Assembly (NCBI GenBank): GCA_015520105.1
Contig: WAQT01000033.1
Location: forward strand, 1-39,598
DNA from: Candidatus Aenigmatarchaeota archaeon
GTDB lineage: Archaea > Aenigmatarchaeota > Aenigmatarchaeia > QMZP01
Length of the DNA: 39,598 nt
Reading direction: 5' to 3'
Part shown: piece by piece, positions 9,347-18,972 of the stretch
How the letters are laid out: every line of letters starts with the position of its first letter
Position numbering within the stretch: the first letter of the stretch is position 1
Made by a program: the position numbers and the translations under genes
Notes under the pieces: generated by a model
Told to the model about the DNA's origin: nothing
Databases searched by the model: none
Seen by the model: only the letters and a program-made list of their open reading frames with translations

Positions 9347-11839
9347 TTATTTTACAACGCCTTTTATCCTTAACAAGACGAATGCAGACAAGAGGAACAG
9401 CACACCGAAAGATATGAGAACCCATCCCGTTATATCAGGCTCGCAACTCACAGGGCACTCCGGTCCGCAATCAATTCCGTTCTCGTTGAGGTCAAGCATT
9501 CCGTTGCTGCAGGTTATTGACGGGTTGCATTCATCCTCCTCGTCTGCCTGGCCGTCGCAGTCATTGTCAAGCTTGTCGTAGCATATCTCCTTTACAGGCT
9601 CAATTCCGCCTTTGCATTCGGACCATCTTCCTTCCACGCACCTCTGAACGCCCTTTCTGCACACCCCCACATCGGTTCCGCAGTATCTCGTGTCTCCGCT
9701 GCTGCAACACGATATCCCGTCGTCAATCTTTCCGTTGCAGTCATCGTCTATTTCATTGCATACCTCTGATGAAGCGCCAGCACCATTGTAACATGCGCAT
9801 CCTGTCTCCTCGACGGATTCTCCGCCTCCTATATTGTCTACAACACCGTCGCAGTCGTCATCCTTCCCGTTGCACACCTCTTCTCGCGGATAAACTGCGT
9901 TTTTGCATTCTCCCCATGTGCCATTTACGCATACCGAATAGCCCTGCCTGCATATTCCTGTCCTGTTTCCAGGGCCGCATGGCCTGTTATCTCCGTTTCT
10001 GCAGAACTTCCCCGGAGGAGGTTCTTTTACGCATTCGTCTCCGGGATAGTTCTCATCCCAGTCGCCATCGCAATCATCATCTATATGATTGCCGCATATC
10101 TCCTTCAGTTCTCCCGGATACACTCCGGAAGAGCATGTGACATTCAGTCCATCCTTTGAGCACACCCATGTACCGCTGCACGCGTTCTTCCATCCCTTTG
10201 AGTTTGTGAACGAGAAGCAGCCTTCCCCAAGAATTCCGGGAATCTTTCCGGAAATGCGGTTCTCTCGGTCTTTGAAATCCTCGTCTATCTCCCCGTCGCA
10301 GTCGTCATCCCTGCCGTTGCACAACTCTTGTTTCCCGGGATGCTGCTCTGGGTCAAGGTCGCTGCATGTTCCAGACTCCTCGCAATATCCGTCTTTATCC
10401 CTGTCCTTGCATACGCGAAACCCGGATTCTGTGAAGTTCAGGACGACGCCTGAGGGGCCAAGAAGCTCCACCCTGAGCACATGGCTCTCATTGGGGTCTA
10501 GATAGGAGAGAGGTATGTTCATGTCAGCAAGATTGACTTCATCCTCCATGAATGAGTTGAAAATGAGTTCCGTAACCACAGCCTCGACCGCCATGCCTTG
10601 CGCATCGAACGAAAGGCTGACCACTCCGTCAGGGTCGCTGGTCTTCTCCACTCCCATGTTCAGGAGAGTTATATTGCATATATCGCCGGAAGGGCAAGCC
10701 GGAGCAAGCGACTCGAAATCATCCGTTGACAGTTTTCTTGTATATTTCTCCCCGAATTTTATGCTGGCGTGCGTCTCTCCTCCGCTCGAGGACCACTGAT
10801 TCTCTTTATGAACAGATTTGCTGGTGTACGCGCAGAAATGGGTGCTGGATTCGTGTTCGCTGCCGTTGGGAGGAAGCGCGAATATCACGTACGTATTGTC
10901 AAAGTCGAAATAACGGAAGTTTATTATTCCGTTCTTTCCGTCCACAGAACTTATTTCGTCATTAAGCGCATCTCCTCCTATACTCTGATATATATACTCT
11001 CCGTTTTCCCTGCCCACAATATAGACACCGCCTGAATTCACTTCTCCGTTCGGGCCGCCCAAAGGACCTCCGTATCTTGAATATCCCTTAGAGACGCTTT
11101 CCTCATCAAACGGGTCCACAAGGCACGTCGCCCCTGTGCCTGCCTGTGTGCACCGGCTCTTGTTTATAATCCTTCCAAGAGACCCGTACCAGCCGTTTCT
11201 GTCAAGCGGAGTGCCCATATAGCTCTCCCCGCCGCATGCAGGACGCATAGTCCCCTCAACATCGCTGTTCCCGAGAATATCGACTGACCATTTAGTAGTT
11301 ATTGCATCAGGAGGCGGGGATATGAGAGAGGTCGCGTCTTTTATAAAAAGAAGACCGTCGGAAGCAGAGACGCTCGACTCATACAACTGGGACTGGATTT
11401 CGTATGGGCAGCCGTTCGCGGAGTCGCAAAGCCCGGGCTGAGTGGAATATTCCACGCAGACCTGTGAAGGGCTCGAAGAGCCTCCGCAGAATCCGTATGC
11501 AACTATTCTGTAGGAGAAGGTTTGAACAGGATGTTCCTCCCACTCAATGGTTCCTGAGGCTGTGAGGTTGTAGGAGAATGCATGAGTCTTCGGTTCATAA
11601 CTCTGGTTCTGAACCATGTAGTCAAGAGCTTTCGCGGCTTCCTTTTTTCCATCGATATATACAACAAGCTTCGAACCCGATGTTATGTTCTCGTCATGGA
11701 ATATCCTGACCACCGCATCCAATGGATAATACACGGAGTAGTTCTTGGTGGTCACATTAAGATATACCATCCCTGATGCAAACGAAGAGGAAAGAACCAC
11801 CAGAGAGAGCGTCAGCAATGCTGCAATAAACGAGCGCAT
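9347..11839 (-). CDS. Secreted, membrane-anchored Cys/Asp-rich protein with MopE-like putative metal-binding repeats
   Basis: N-terminal signal peptide, five E-x-C...D-D/N-D-C-D/N-G repeats, C-terminal TM helix followed by basic tail. Confidence 0.85.
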   Translation of the reverse strand: MRSFIAALLTLSLVVLSSSFASGMVYLNVTTKNYSVYYPLDAVVRIFHDENITSGSKLVVYIDGKKEAAKALDYMVQNQSYEPKTHAFSYNLTASGTIEWEEHPVQTFSYRIVAYGFCGGSSSPSQVCVEYSTQPGLCDSANGCPYEIQSQLYESSVSASDGLLFIKDATSLISPPPDAITTKWSVDILGNSDVEGTMRPACGGESYMGTPLDRNGWYGSLGRIINKSRCTQAGTGATCLVDPFDEESVSKGYSRYGGPLGGPNGEVNSGGVYIVGRENGEYIYQSIGGDALNDEISSVDGKNGIINFRYFDFDNTYVIFALPPNGSEHESSTHFCAYTSKSVHKENQWSSSGGETHASIKFGEKYTRKLSTDDFESLAPACPSGDICNITLLNMGVEKTSDPDGVVSLSFDAQGMAVEAVVTELIFNSFMEDEVNLADMNIPLSYLDPNESHVLRVELLGPSGVVLNFTESGFRVCKDRDKDGYCEESGTCSDLDPEQHPGKQELCNGRDDDCDGEIDEDFKDRENRISGKIPGILGEGCFSFTNSKGWKNACSGTWVCSKDGLNVTCSSGVYPGELKEICGNHIDDDCDGDWDENYPGDECVKEPPPGKFCRNGDNRPCGPGNRTGICRQGYSVCVNGTWGECKNAVYPREEVCNGKDDDCDGVVDNIGGGESVEETGCACYNGAGASSEVCNEIDDDCNGKIDDGISCCSSGDTRYCGTDVGVCRKGVQRCVEGRWSECKGGIEPVKEICYDKLDNDCDGQADEEDECNPSITCSNGMLDLNENGIDCGPECPVSCEPDITGWVLISFGVLFLLSAFVLLRIKGVVK

Positions 11840-11892
11840 ATAAATATTTATGCCGCATGCCTATATATTTCACCCCCAACTCTGGCATGCTT

Positions 11893-14739
11893 ATGACTCG
11901 GAACGTCTTTGACCTGCTGGAAGGAGAGTTAAGGAAAGCGGTAGCCGAAAGGTTCTCGAAACCCACGCCTATACAGGAGGGCGTCATACCCGAGATTCTC
12001 AGGGGCCACAACATTCTGACCATATCCGAGACAGGTTCGGGAAAAACAGAGGCCGCGATGCTTCCTGTCTTTGACATGTGGGTCAGGGAGAAGCCCGAGC
12101 CCGTGTCCATCCTTTATATAACTCCTCTGAGGAGCCTCAACAGGGACCTTCTGAAAAGGATAGAGTGGTGGTCAGAGAGGCTGGGATTCTCTGTCGGAGT
12201 GAGGCACGGAGACACCACGCAGTCCGAAAGGGCGAAGCAGGCAAGGAAGCCCCCTGACATGCTGATATCCACCCCGGAGACGCTTCAGGCAATGCTGACA
12301 GGAAGCCAGATGAGAAAGGCCCTGAAGGGCGTAAGATACGTCGCGATAGACGAGGTGCACGAGCTTGTCCCGAGCAAGAGAGGCCTCCAGCTCACCGTCG
12401 GGCTTGAAAGGCTCAGGGAGGTTACGGGAAAGGATTTCCAGATTCTCTGCATGTCAGCCACTGTCGGGACTCCTGAGGAGATTGTGAAGTTCTTTTCGAT
12501 AGACAGGAAGAGGCACAGGATAGTGAATGTCTCCTCTCTCAAGAGCAGGAAGATAAGGGTGGAGTCGCCAAGACCGGGGAAGGAGGATTCCCTCTCATCT
12601 GACAAGCTTTCGGTGAGCATGGAGGTGGCAGCGAGGCTGAGAAGGATAAGGGACCTTATAAGGGAGAGGAACTCGGTTCTTGTGTTCACCAACACCAGGG
12701 AGTTTTCAGAGATTCTCTCTTCAAGGCTCAAGTCTCTCGACAAAGGCCTTTGGATTGAGACGCACCATTCCTCCCTGTCCAAGGAGGTCAGGACTGATGC
12801 AGAGAAGGACTTCAGGGAAGGAAGGATAAAGGCCCTGGTGTGCACATCAAGCCTTGAGTTGGGAATAGACATAGGCTCGATAGACCTTGTGATACAGTAC
12901 ATGTCTCCGAGGCAGGTCTCCAAGCTTCTTCAGAGGATAGGCAGGTCAGGCCACTCTCTTGAGAGGGTTTCAGAGGGCGTGATAATCGCTTCCGACCCGG
13001 ACGACTGCTTCGAGTCCGCTGCTATCGCGTCCCTTGCTGAAAAGGGATGGACCGAGCCGACGAAGCCCTACAACGGAGCGCTCGATGTTCTCGGCCACCA
13101 GATTCTCGGGCTGAGTCTTGACGAGTACAGGATACCGGCGAAGAAGGCCTTCTCCATAGTGAAGAGAGCGCATCCATACAGGAACCTCTCCTTTGAGGAG
13201 TTCATGGAGGTCGGCAGGATTCTCCAGAAGCTCGGCCTTATATGGACGGATTCCAAGTTCGACAAGGAGCCGGCGCTCCGGAGAAGGAGAAGGACGTTCC
13301 TCCATTATTACGGCAACCTTTCTACCATACCCGACACAAAAACGTACAGGGTGCACGATGTTGTATCTGACAGGCCGGTCGGAACCCTCGATGCGGAATT
13401 CATAGCCCTGCACGGGAATCCCGGCACGTCGTTTATAGTGAAGGGCCAGGCATGGAGGATACTTGATGTCCGCAGGGACAAGGTTCTTGTGGAGCCTCTC
13501 AGCGGCATAGAGGCGGCGATACCTGCATGGGAGGGAGAGCTCATACCCGTTCCCTTCGAGGTCGCTCAGGAGGTCGGCAGGATGAGAAGAAGGATAAAGG
13601 GAATGCTTGCGAAGAAGAAAAGAAAGGACGCTGTGAGGGAGCTTATGAAAGAGCTTCCTGTTTCAAGGGATGTTGCGGAAAAGATGGTTGGTCTGGTCAG
13701 GAGGCAGATGGAATGGGGTTTCGTTCCTGACGACAGGAACGTTCTTCTTGAATACTACAGCGACGGCGACGAGTCATGGGTTGTCATCCACACCTGCTGG
13801 GGTTCGCTTGTGAACGATACCATAGGAAGGGTTCTTTCCGCAGTGGTTATGAGAAGGGTTGGTTCCGTGGGCCTTCAGACAGACCCCTGCAGGATAATGA
13901 TGAAGCTTCAGCACATGTCTGACTGGAAGAGCGTGGAGGAGGCGTTCCGAAACCTCAGGGCAAAGGACATCAAAAGCGTCCTGGAGGACGTTGTTCCGGA
14001 CACAGAGCTTTTCGCGTGGAGGTTCATACACGTGGCGAAGAGGTTCGGGATAATATCGAGGGATGCGGAGTTCGGGAAGGGATATATAAGGAAGATAATA
14101 GAGGTTTACAGGAACACCCCTCCATACAGGGAAGCCCTTAACGAAGTGTTCCAGGAGAAGCTGGACGTGGAGGCGTCCGAGAGAATCGCGGAAAGGCTTG
14201 GTTCCGGAAGAATCAGGATAGAGGCGAGGCCGGGCATATCGCCTATGGGAACGTCTGGGATACAGAAGAAATACGAGATAGTCGCTCCGGAGAGGCCTGA
14301 AAGGGAGATATTCCAGACCTTCAAAAAAAGGATTCTCGACACCAAGGTCGGTCTCGTGTGCATGCAGTGCTGCGACTACGCGACCATAAGCAGCGTCCGG
14401 GAGCTTCCGGAGGAGATAGGCTGTCCGCTCTGTTCCGCAAGGCTTGTTGCGGTCGTGCCTGCCAGATACCTCCTCGAGGCGCAGGAACTTGCGAGAAAGG
14501 CAAAGGCCGGAAAGAAGCTCAGCGCTGAGGAGCGTAAATACCACAACCAGATGGCGGACAGCGCAAGCCTTGTGATGTCATCCGGAAAGAATGCCGCAAT
14601 CGCTCTCGCAGGAAGAGGGGTGGGGGTTAGAACTGCTTCGCGCATACTCTCCAGACTTGTTTCCGGAGATGATATTTTCAGGCTTGTTCTCGAAGCGGAG
14701 AAACAGTATGCAAAGACCAAAAGGTTCTGGAAATCGTGA
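11893..14739 (+). CDS. lhr: Lhr family DEAD/DEAH-box helicase
   Basis: TGSGKT, YITPLRSLNRD, DEVH, SAT, HHSSLS, TSSLELGIDIG, QRIGRSGH, C-terminal Cys pairs; start may be 11857, 11887 or 11893. Confidence 0.93.
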   Translation: MTRNVFDLLEGELRKAVAERFSKPTPIQEGVIPEILRGHNILTISETGSGKTEAAMLPVFDMWVREKPEPVSILYITPLRSLNRDLLKRIEWWSERLGFSVGVRHGDTTQSERAKQARKPPDMLISTPETLQAMLTGSQMRKALKGVRYVAIDEVHELVPSKRGLQLTVGLERLREVTGKDFQILCMSATVGTPEEIVKFFSIDRKRHRIVNVSSLKSRKIRVESPRPGKEDSLSSDKLSVSMEVAARLRRIRDLIRERNSVLVFTNTREFSEILSSRLKSLDKGLWIETHHSSLSKEVRTDAEKDFREGRIKALVCTSSLELGIDIGSIDLVIQYMSPRQVSKLLQRIGRSGHSLERVSEGVIIASDPDDCFESAAIASLAEKGWTEPTKPYNGALDVLGHQILGLSLDEYRIPAKKAFSIVKRAHPYRNLSFEEFMEVGRILQKLGLIWTDSKFDKEPALRRRRRTFLHYYGNLSTIPDTKTYRVHDVVSDRPVGTLDAEFIALHGNPGTSFIVKGQAWRILDVRRDKVLVEPLSGIEAAIPAWEGELIPVPFEVAQEVGRMRRRIKGMLAKKKRKDAVRELMKELPVSRDVAEKMVGLVRRQMEWGFVPDDRNVLLEYYSDGDESWVVIHTCWGSLVNDTIGRVLSAVVMRRVGSVGLQTDPCRIMMKLQHMSDWKSVEEAFRNLRAKDIKSVLEDVVPDTELFAWRFIHVAKRFGIISRDAEFGKGYIRKIIEVYRNTPPYREALNEVFQEKLDVEASERIAERLGSGRIRIEARPGISPMGTSGIQKKYEIVAPERPEREIFQTFKKRILDTKVGLVCMQCCDYATISSVRELPEEIGCPLCSARLVAVVPARYLLEAQELARKAKAGKKLSAEERKYHNQMADSASLVMSSGKNAAIALAGRGVGVRTASRILSRLVSGDDIFRLVLEAEKQYAKTKRFWKS

Positions 14740-14776
14740 CGATCCGTTTTTTAATATAGTGCGAAAATTATAAACA

Positions 14777-15130
14777 ATGAAAGAATGCATCTACGGAGTG
14801 GACACAAGCAAGAAGGTCACGCCCATAATGGTGAGGGATGCAATTATAGATTGTTTCAAGCAGGCGCATGATGAGATACTTCAGACCATGAAGGAATACT
14901 ACGAGTTCAAATCCGAAAAGGAGTTTGAAGAGCTGAAACACCTGAATGTTAAATTTCTTGTGGAATCGAAATTCGAGGAGGTCGGAGGGGATTTCGAGAA
15001 TCCGAGCAAGAGGGACCTGATAAAGGTCATTGACAAACTCGCTGAATACGCTTCGCATTTCAGAAGACCGGAGATTATAAAGAAACATTATGACGAGATA
15101 ATGAAGCTTATCCGTCTGCTCAAGGACTGA
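14777..15130 (+). CDS. Hypothetical protein
   Basis: 117-aa helical-looking ORF with AT-rich TATA-like sequence upstream. Confidence 0.7.
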   Translation: MKECIYGVDTSKKVTPIMVRDAIIDCFKQAHDEILQTMKEYYEFKSEKEFEELKHLNVKFLVESKFEEVGGDFENPSKRDLIKVIDKLAEYASHFRRPEIIKKHYDEIMKLIRLLKD

Positions 15131-15133
15131 TAG

Positions 15134-15886
15134 TCATTTCCCGAGATTCCCGAGTTCTCCGAGGAACGTGCCATCGAGGAGGTATATTTTTGCCTTTTTC
15201 ATGTTGCACAGTTTTGTGAGAGGGCTTGCGAACTCCCTCTTTCTGTCCGGCTTCTCTTTCCTGTTGAGCGGAAAACCGCCTGAGAAGCGATTAAACGCCG
15301 GAACTATCACGAGTTCCGAAGGTCCTGAAGAACCGTATTCTTTCCTCAGCATCCTCTCGCTGAACGGAGCAATGCACCACACCCTCTCGGTCCATCTGTA
15401 TCCGAGGGAGTCGCTGAACTCTATCAGCGGTTGCGTATGACCCATCACTACATACCTTGCTTTCAGGAACGATATATCAGGCTTCGCGTGACCGTGGCAG
15501 AAGAAATATTCTCCGTCGAGAAACCCTTTCGGGTTCCTGACAGACACGCTGTCCGGAACGAGTCTCCCTATTCCCGGGTCGTGATTTCCCGGAACTATCT
15601 CAACATCATAGCTTGAGAGTCCGGAGAAGAATTCGGGAATCTCCCTCTCCTCCTGGAAACTCGTTCCCGGAACCCTGTGTTTTACATCCCCAAGGATTAT
15701 TATCCTCTTCACGTTGTTGTCTTTCGCTATCCTCTCTATCCTTGCCAGCATCTCCCCGGACTGCGAGGGAAGGTTTATTCCCGAGACCCTCGCTTCATGC
15801 TCTATGCCTATATGGAGGTCCGAGACCACAAGAGTTCTCCCGGAGAGCATCGCCGCCTCGCCTGTTACGAAAACATGGCCTGCCAT
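15134..15886 (-). CDS. Metallophosphoesterase (calcineurin-like, Lhr-associated type)
   Basis: SDLHIG, LGDVKH, GNHD, HGH, GHTQP, VPAFN. Confidence 0.9.
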   Translation of the reverse strand: MAGHVFVTGEAAMLSGRTLVVSDLHIGIEHEARVSGINLPSQSGEMLARIERIAKDNNVKRIIILGDVKHRVPGTSFQEEREIPEFFSGLSSYDVEIVPGNHDPGIGRLVPDSVSVRNPKGFLDGEYFFCHGHAKPDISFLKARYVVMGHTQPLIEFSDSLGYRWTERVWCIAPFSERMLRKEYGSSGPSELVIVPAFNRFSGGFPLNRKEKPDRKREFASPLTKLCNMKKAKIYLLDGTFLGELGNLGK

Positions 15887-15940
15887 GTTGAGAATGAGCG
15901 CCGGGGATTAAATGTTTTGTCTTATTATCAGGCTGATATT

Positions 15941-16102
15941 TCACTGCGGACCGAGCGAGTGCTTCGTTATCTCGATGTTGCAACTGTGTTTCTCCCTGCA
16001 CCACTTCTCGCACTTCTCTGCCCACTCCCTTTCGGCGTACCTGAACCCGCACTCCTCGCACACAAAGAGCGTCCGTTCCCCTTCCTGAATCTCCCTGACC
16101 AT
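15941..16102 (-). CDS. Small Cys/His zinc-binding protein (53 aa)
   Basis: Below the ORF-track cutoff; manual translation MVREIQEGERTLFVCEECGFRYAEREWAEKCEKWCREKHSCNIEITKHSLGPQ; TTTAAA upstream. Confidence 0.8.
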   Translation of the reverse strand: MVREIQEGERTLFVCEECGFRYAEREWAEKCEKWCREKHSCNIEITKHSLGPQ

Positions 16103-16221
16103 GAGAATGGTTCGCGAGAGGGTTTAAATTCATTCCGTTGTGAGCGACGATGCATCTGGCCCGCTGTGGGCATGGCCCAAGCGTTTATAAGAATTGAAAA
16201 CAACTCTTATCCGGTGTTCTG

Positions 16222-17712
16222 ATGAAGATGGGAGTTGTGGTGTCCACGATGGACGGGCCCTCCACGAGGAAGTTCTCCTTCGTGATAGACAAGGGAAGGA
16301 GCGTTAAGAGGGGACAGTTCGTGGAGCTGAAGGGAGAGCAGGGAAAGGTGATAGCGCGGGTGGACGACGTGATAAAGACCAACCGCTACTTCACGAGGCC
16401 GGAGTCTGTCAAGGAATACGAGAGTTCGGGAAAGCAGATGAGGGAGATATTCCCTGTGCATGACTGGGAGTACTTGGTCGCAGAGGCAAGCATACTCGGC
16501 ATCTATCGTGCTGGCGGGTTCGCGGACTCCCTCGTTCCTCCCTCTCCGGGAGAGGGCGTGTTCGAACCCTCCGAAGAGGTTCTCGTGAAGTTCTTCGGCC
16601 TCGACAAGGACGGCATAAACATAGGAAAGCTGAGCCATCATGATATAGACGTGAAGCTGAACGCGACCCGGCTTCTCCAGAAGCACCTCGCAATCCTCGC
16701 GATAAGCGGAGCCGGGAAATCGTTCCTGACTTCTGTCATGATAGAGGAGCTTCTTTCTAGGAAACCCGAACAGGGACAGCTTGCTGTGATAGTGATAGAC
16801 ACCCACGGGGAGTATACATCATTCGCTGACGACCCGAAGTTCTCGGAGAGGACGAGCGTGTTCCCTGTGTCTGAGATTCAGATAGGCCTCTCCAACCTCT
16901 CTCCAAGGGAACTCACCCGCTTCCTTGGAAAGCCGTCTGACGCTCAGGTGAGGGAGCTGGTGAAGATAATGAGGAGGATGGGCGGAAAGGGGTACGGAGT
17001 GAAGGACCTCATTGAGAAGGTCGAGGCGAGCGAGATGCCGGCCAAGACCAAGGAGGTTCTGGTATCCAGCCTTGAGGACCTTCTCTACACAGGAGTGTTC
17101 GGCGCGGCGGACTACCCCTCTCTTGATGATGTCGCGAAACAGGGAAAGCTCTCTGTGATAGACCTCTCCGAGACCACGAGTTTGAGGAAGAAGCAGATGA
17201 TAGTCTCCTATCTGGCAGCGAAGCTCTTTCACGCGAGGAGGCATGGCATGATACCGCCCTTCGTCCTCGTCCTCGAGGAGGCGCACCAGTACATTCCCGA
17301 GGGATCGAAGAAAGAGGAGGCCCTCGCAAGGGGGATAATGCAGACCATAGCGAGGGAGGGAAGGAAGTTCGGAGCGTCGTTATGTCTTGTCTCGCAAAGG
17401 CCGATACAGCTTTCCACCACTGTCCTCTCCCAGTGCAACACCCACATAATCCTGAGGATAACAAACCCCTACGACCTCGACCACATAGGAAGGTCTTCGG
17501 AGGGGCTGAACAGGGCAGTTCTGGACCAGATATCCTCCCTGCGCGTGGGGACTGCTCTCATAGTCGGCGAGGCGGTGAACCATCCCCTCTTCGTGAGCAT
17601 AAGAAAGAGGAAGTCAAAGGAGAGCGACAAGAACCTTCCTCTCGAGAAGGCCGCGGTGGAGTATTACAGGAAGATAACGCAGAAGCAGAAGGACGCCAAG
17701 GAGTTTATGTAG
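16222..17712 (+). CDS. herA: HerA family helicase/ATPase
   Basis: N-terminal HAS-barrel-like region, HLAILAISGAGKS, DTHGEY, EEAH, IAREGRKFG, SQRP, SQCNT. Confidence 0.9.
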   Translation: MKMGVVVSTMDGPSTRKFSFVIDKGRSVKRGQFVELKGEQGKVIARVDDVIKTNRYFTRPESVKEYESSGKQMREIFPVHDWEYLVAEASILGIYRAGGFADSLVPPSPGEGVFEPSEEVLVKFFGLDKDGINIGKLSHHDIDVKLNATRLLQKHLAILAISGAGKSFLTSVMIEELLSRKPEQGQLAVIVIDTHGEYTSFADDPKFSERTSVFPVSEIQIGLSNLSPRELTRFLGKPSDAQVRELVKIMRRMGGKGYGVKDLIEKVEASEMPAKTKEVLVSSLEDLLYTGVFGAADYPSLDDVAKQGKLSVIDLSETTSLRKKQMIVSYLAAKLFHARRHGMIPPFVLVLEEAHQYIPEGSKKEEALARGIMQTIAREGRKFGASLCLVSQRPIQLSTTVLSQCNTHIILRITNPYDLDHIGRSSEGLNRAVLDQISSLRVGTALIVGEAVNHPLFVSIRKRKSKESDKNLPLEKAAVEYYRKITQKQKDAKEFM

Positions 17713-18597
17713 CTATCTTATCCTCTTTCTCGGGACGCCAGTCTTCAGTTCTGCTATAATGTTGGCGAGGAGTATCAGACCGCCGCCGAGGAATATCCCT
17801 GAAGGGACGCTCTCTCCCAGTATCAGAAAAGCGAGGAGGATTGAGGAAGCCGGCTCCACAAGCGTATCCAATATAGCGGCCCTTCCGGCGAAAACTGACT
17901 TCAGGCCCTTCGCATAGAACAGATAGCCGCCGAAGGTGAAGAGAACCACGCCGGAGACTCCTGCAAGCGTCCGGGCGTCCGGAGAGAGGCTCGCGCCCTC
18001 ATAGAGCAGGAAGGGAACAAGCATTAATGAGCCAAGGGCTAGCGGCCAGAACACGACATCCCAGAAATCCCTTCCATTTCTCTCAAAATGCCTCATGGAG
18101 ACAACGAATACCGAGTATCCCGCGGCCGAGAGAAGCGCGAACATGCTTCCCAGCGCCGCGTTCGGACCGAGGCCGGTTCCGGCTCCATATATGACATAGA
18201 CTCCGCACACAGCGAGAACAAGGGACAGCGCTCCGGCAGGACGAAGATTTTCCTTCAGGAAGACGTGCGCGAGAACTGCTGTGAACATCGAGTATGTGAA
18301 CACGAGGAATATCGCGGCGCCCACCGGCATCATGGCCATCGCCTTGATAAAGAAGCCCATTCCCACCGCAACCCCGAAGAATCCGGAAAGCGCGAGCAGG
18401 ATGAAGTCCCTCTTTCCGTGGGAAAGAATGCTCTCCTTTCCCCTTGCAGAGAGAACAAGAAGTATGAGAAGGGAGGATGCGCCTGTCCTTATCAGAGCGA
18501 GAAGAAACGGAGACGCCCCAGGAGTCGCGAATTTCACGGACACCGAAACAGCGCTCAGAAGAACATCCGCGATGACAAGAAGAACAAGGCCTCTCAT
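17713..18597 (-). CDS. EamA/DMT family transporter
   Basis: About ten TM segments in two repeats; LAHVFLKE and EP...LAFLILGE motifs. Confidence 0.9.
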   Translation of the reverse strand: MRGLVLLVIADVLLSAVSVSVKFATPGASPFLLALIRTGASSLLILLVLSARGKESILSHGKRDFILLALSGFFGVAVGMGFFIKAMAMMPVGAAIFLVFTYSMFTAVLAHVFLKENLRPAGALSLVLAVCGVYVIYGAGTGLGPNAALGSMFALLSAAGYSVFVVSMRHFERNGRDFWDVVFWPLALGSLMLVPFLLYEGASLSPDARTLAGVSGVVLFTFGGYLFYAKGLKSVFAGRAAILDTLVEPASSILLAFLILGESVPSGIFLGGGLILLANIIAELKTGVPRKRIR

Positions 18598-18633
18598 GCA
18601 CTTTTATTAGTTGAGGAAATTAATAATCCTATC

Positions 18634-18746
18634 GGGCCCGTAGCTCAATCGGATGCCTGCCGGCGTATTTGGCGGTGCCGGTTTTCCGGGAATAGAGCGC
18701 TCGGCTTCGGACCGAGAGGTTGGGGGTTCGAGTCCTCCCGGGCTCA
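18634..18746 (+). tRNA. tRNA-Arg(UCG) with a ~39-nt D-loop intron (approx. 18655-18693)
   Basis: Acceptor GGGCCCG/CGGGCTC, D stem GCTC/GAGC interrupted by an insert, anticodon arm CTCGG-CT-TCG-GA-CCGAG, T arm GGGGG-TTCGAGT-CCTCC; CCA not encoded. Confidence 0.92.
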
Positions 18747-18972
18747 TGAAGTTACTTCGAGGACTTGAGGTTAATTAGAGAGGAAAGGAGCGTGAAGGCA
18801 AAAATATACAGGATGGAAGAAGGCGATGAAGTTTCGATTGTGAGATTCAGGTTTTCATAGGTTTCAAGGGTTCCGAGGCATGTCTCGTCGAGAAGGTATA
18901 TTTTACACAAGACAAGGGACCTTATGAACTTATATTGAAAGGTTTTAATTTTTGCTGTCTAACATTTTGTTT

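Noticed and set aside
18660-18670. CCGGCGTATTT shared between the tRNA-Arg intron and 35126-35136
   Set aside because: 11-nt matches are expected many times by chance in 40 kb
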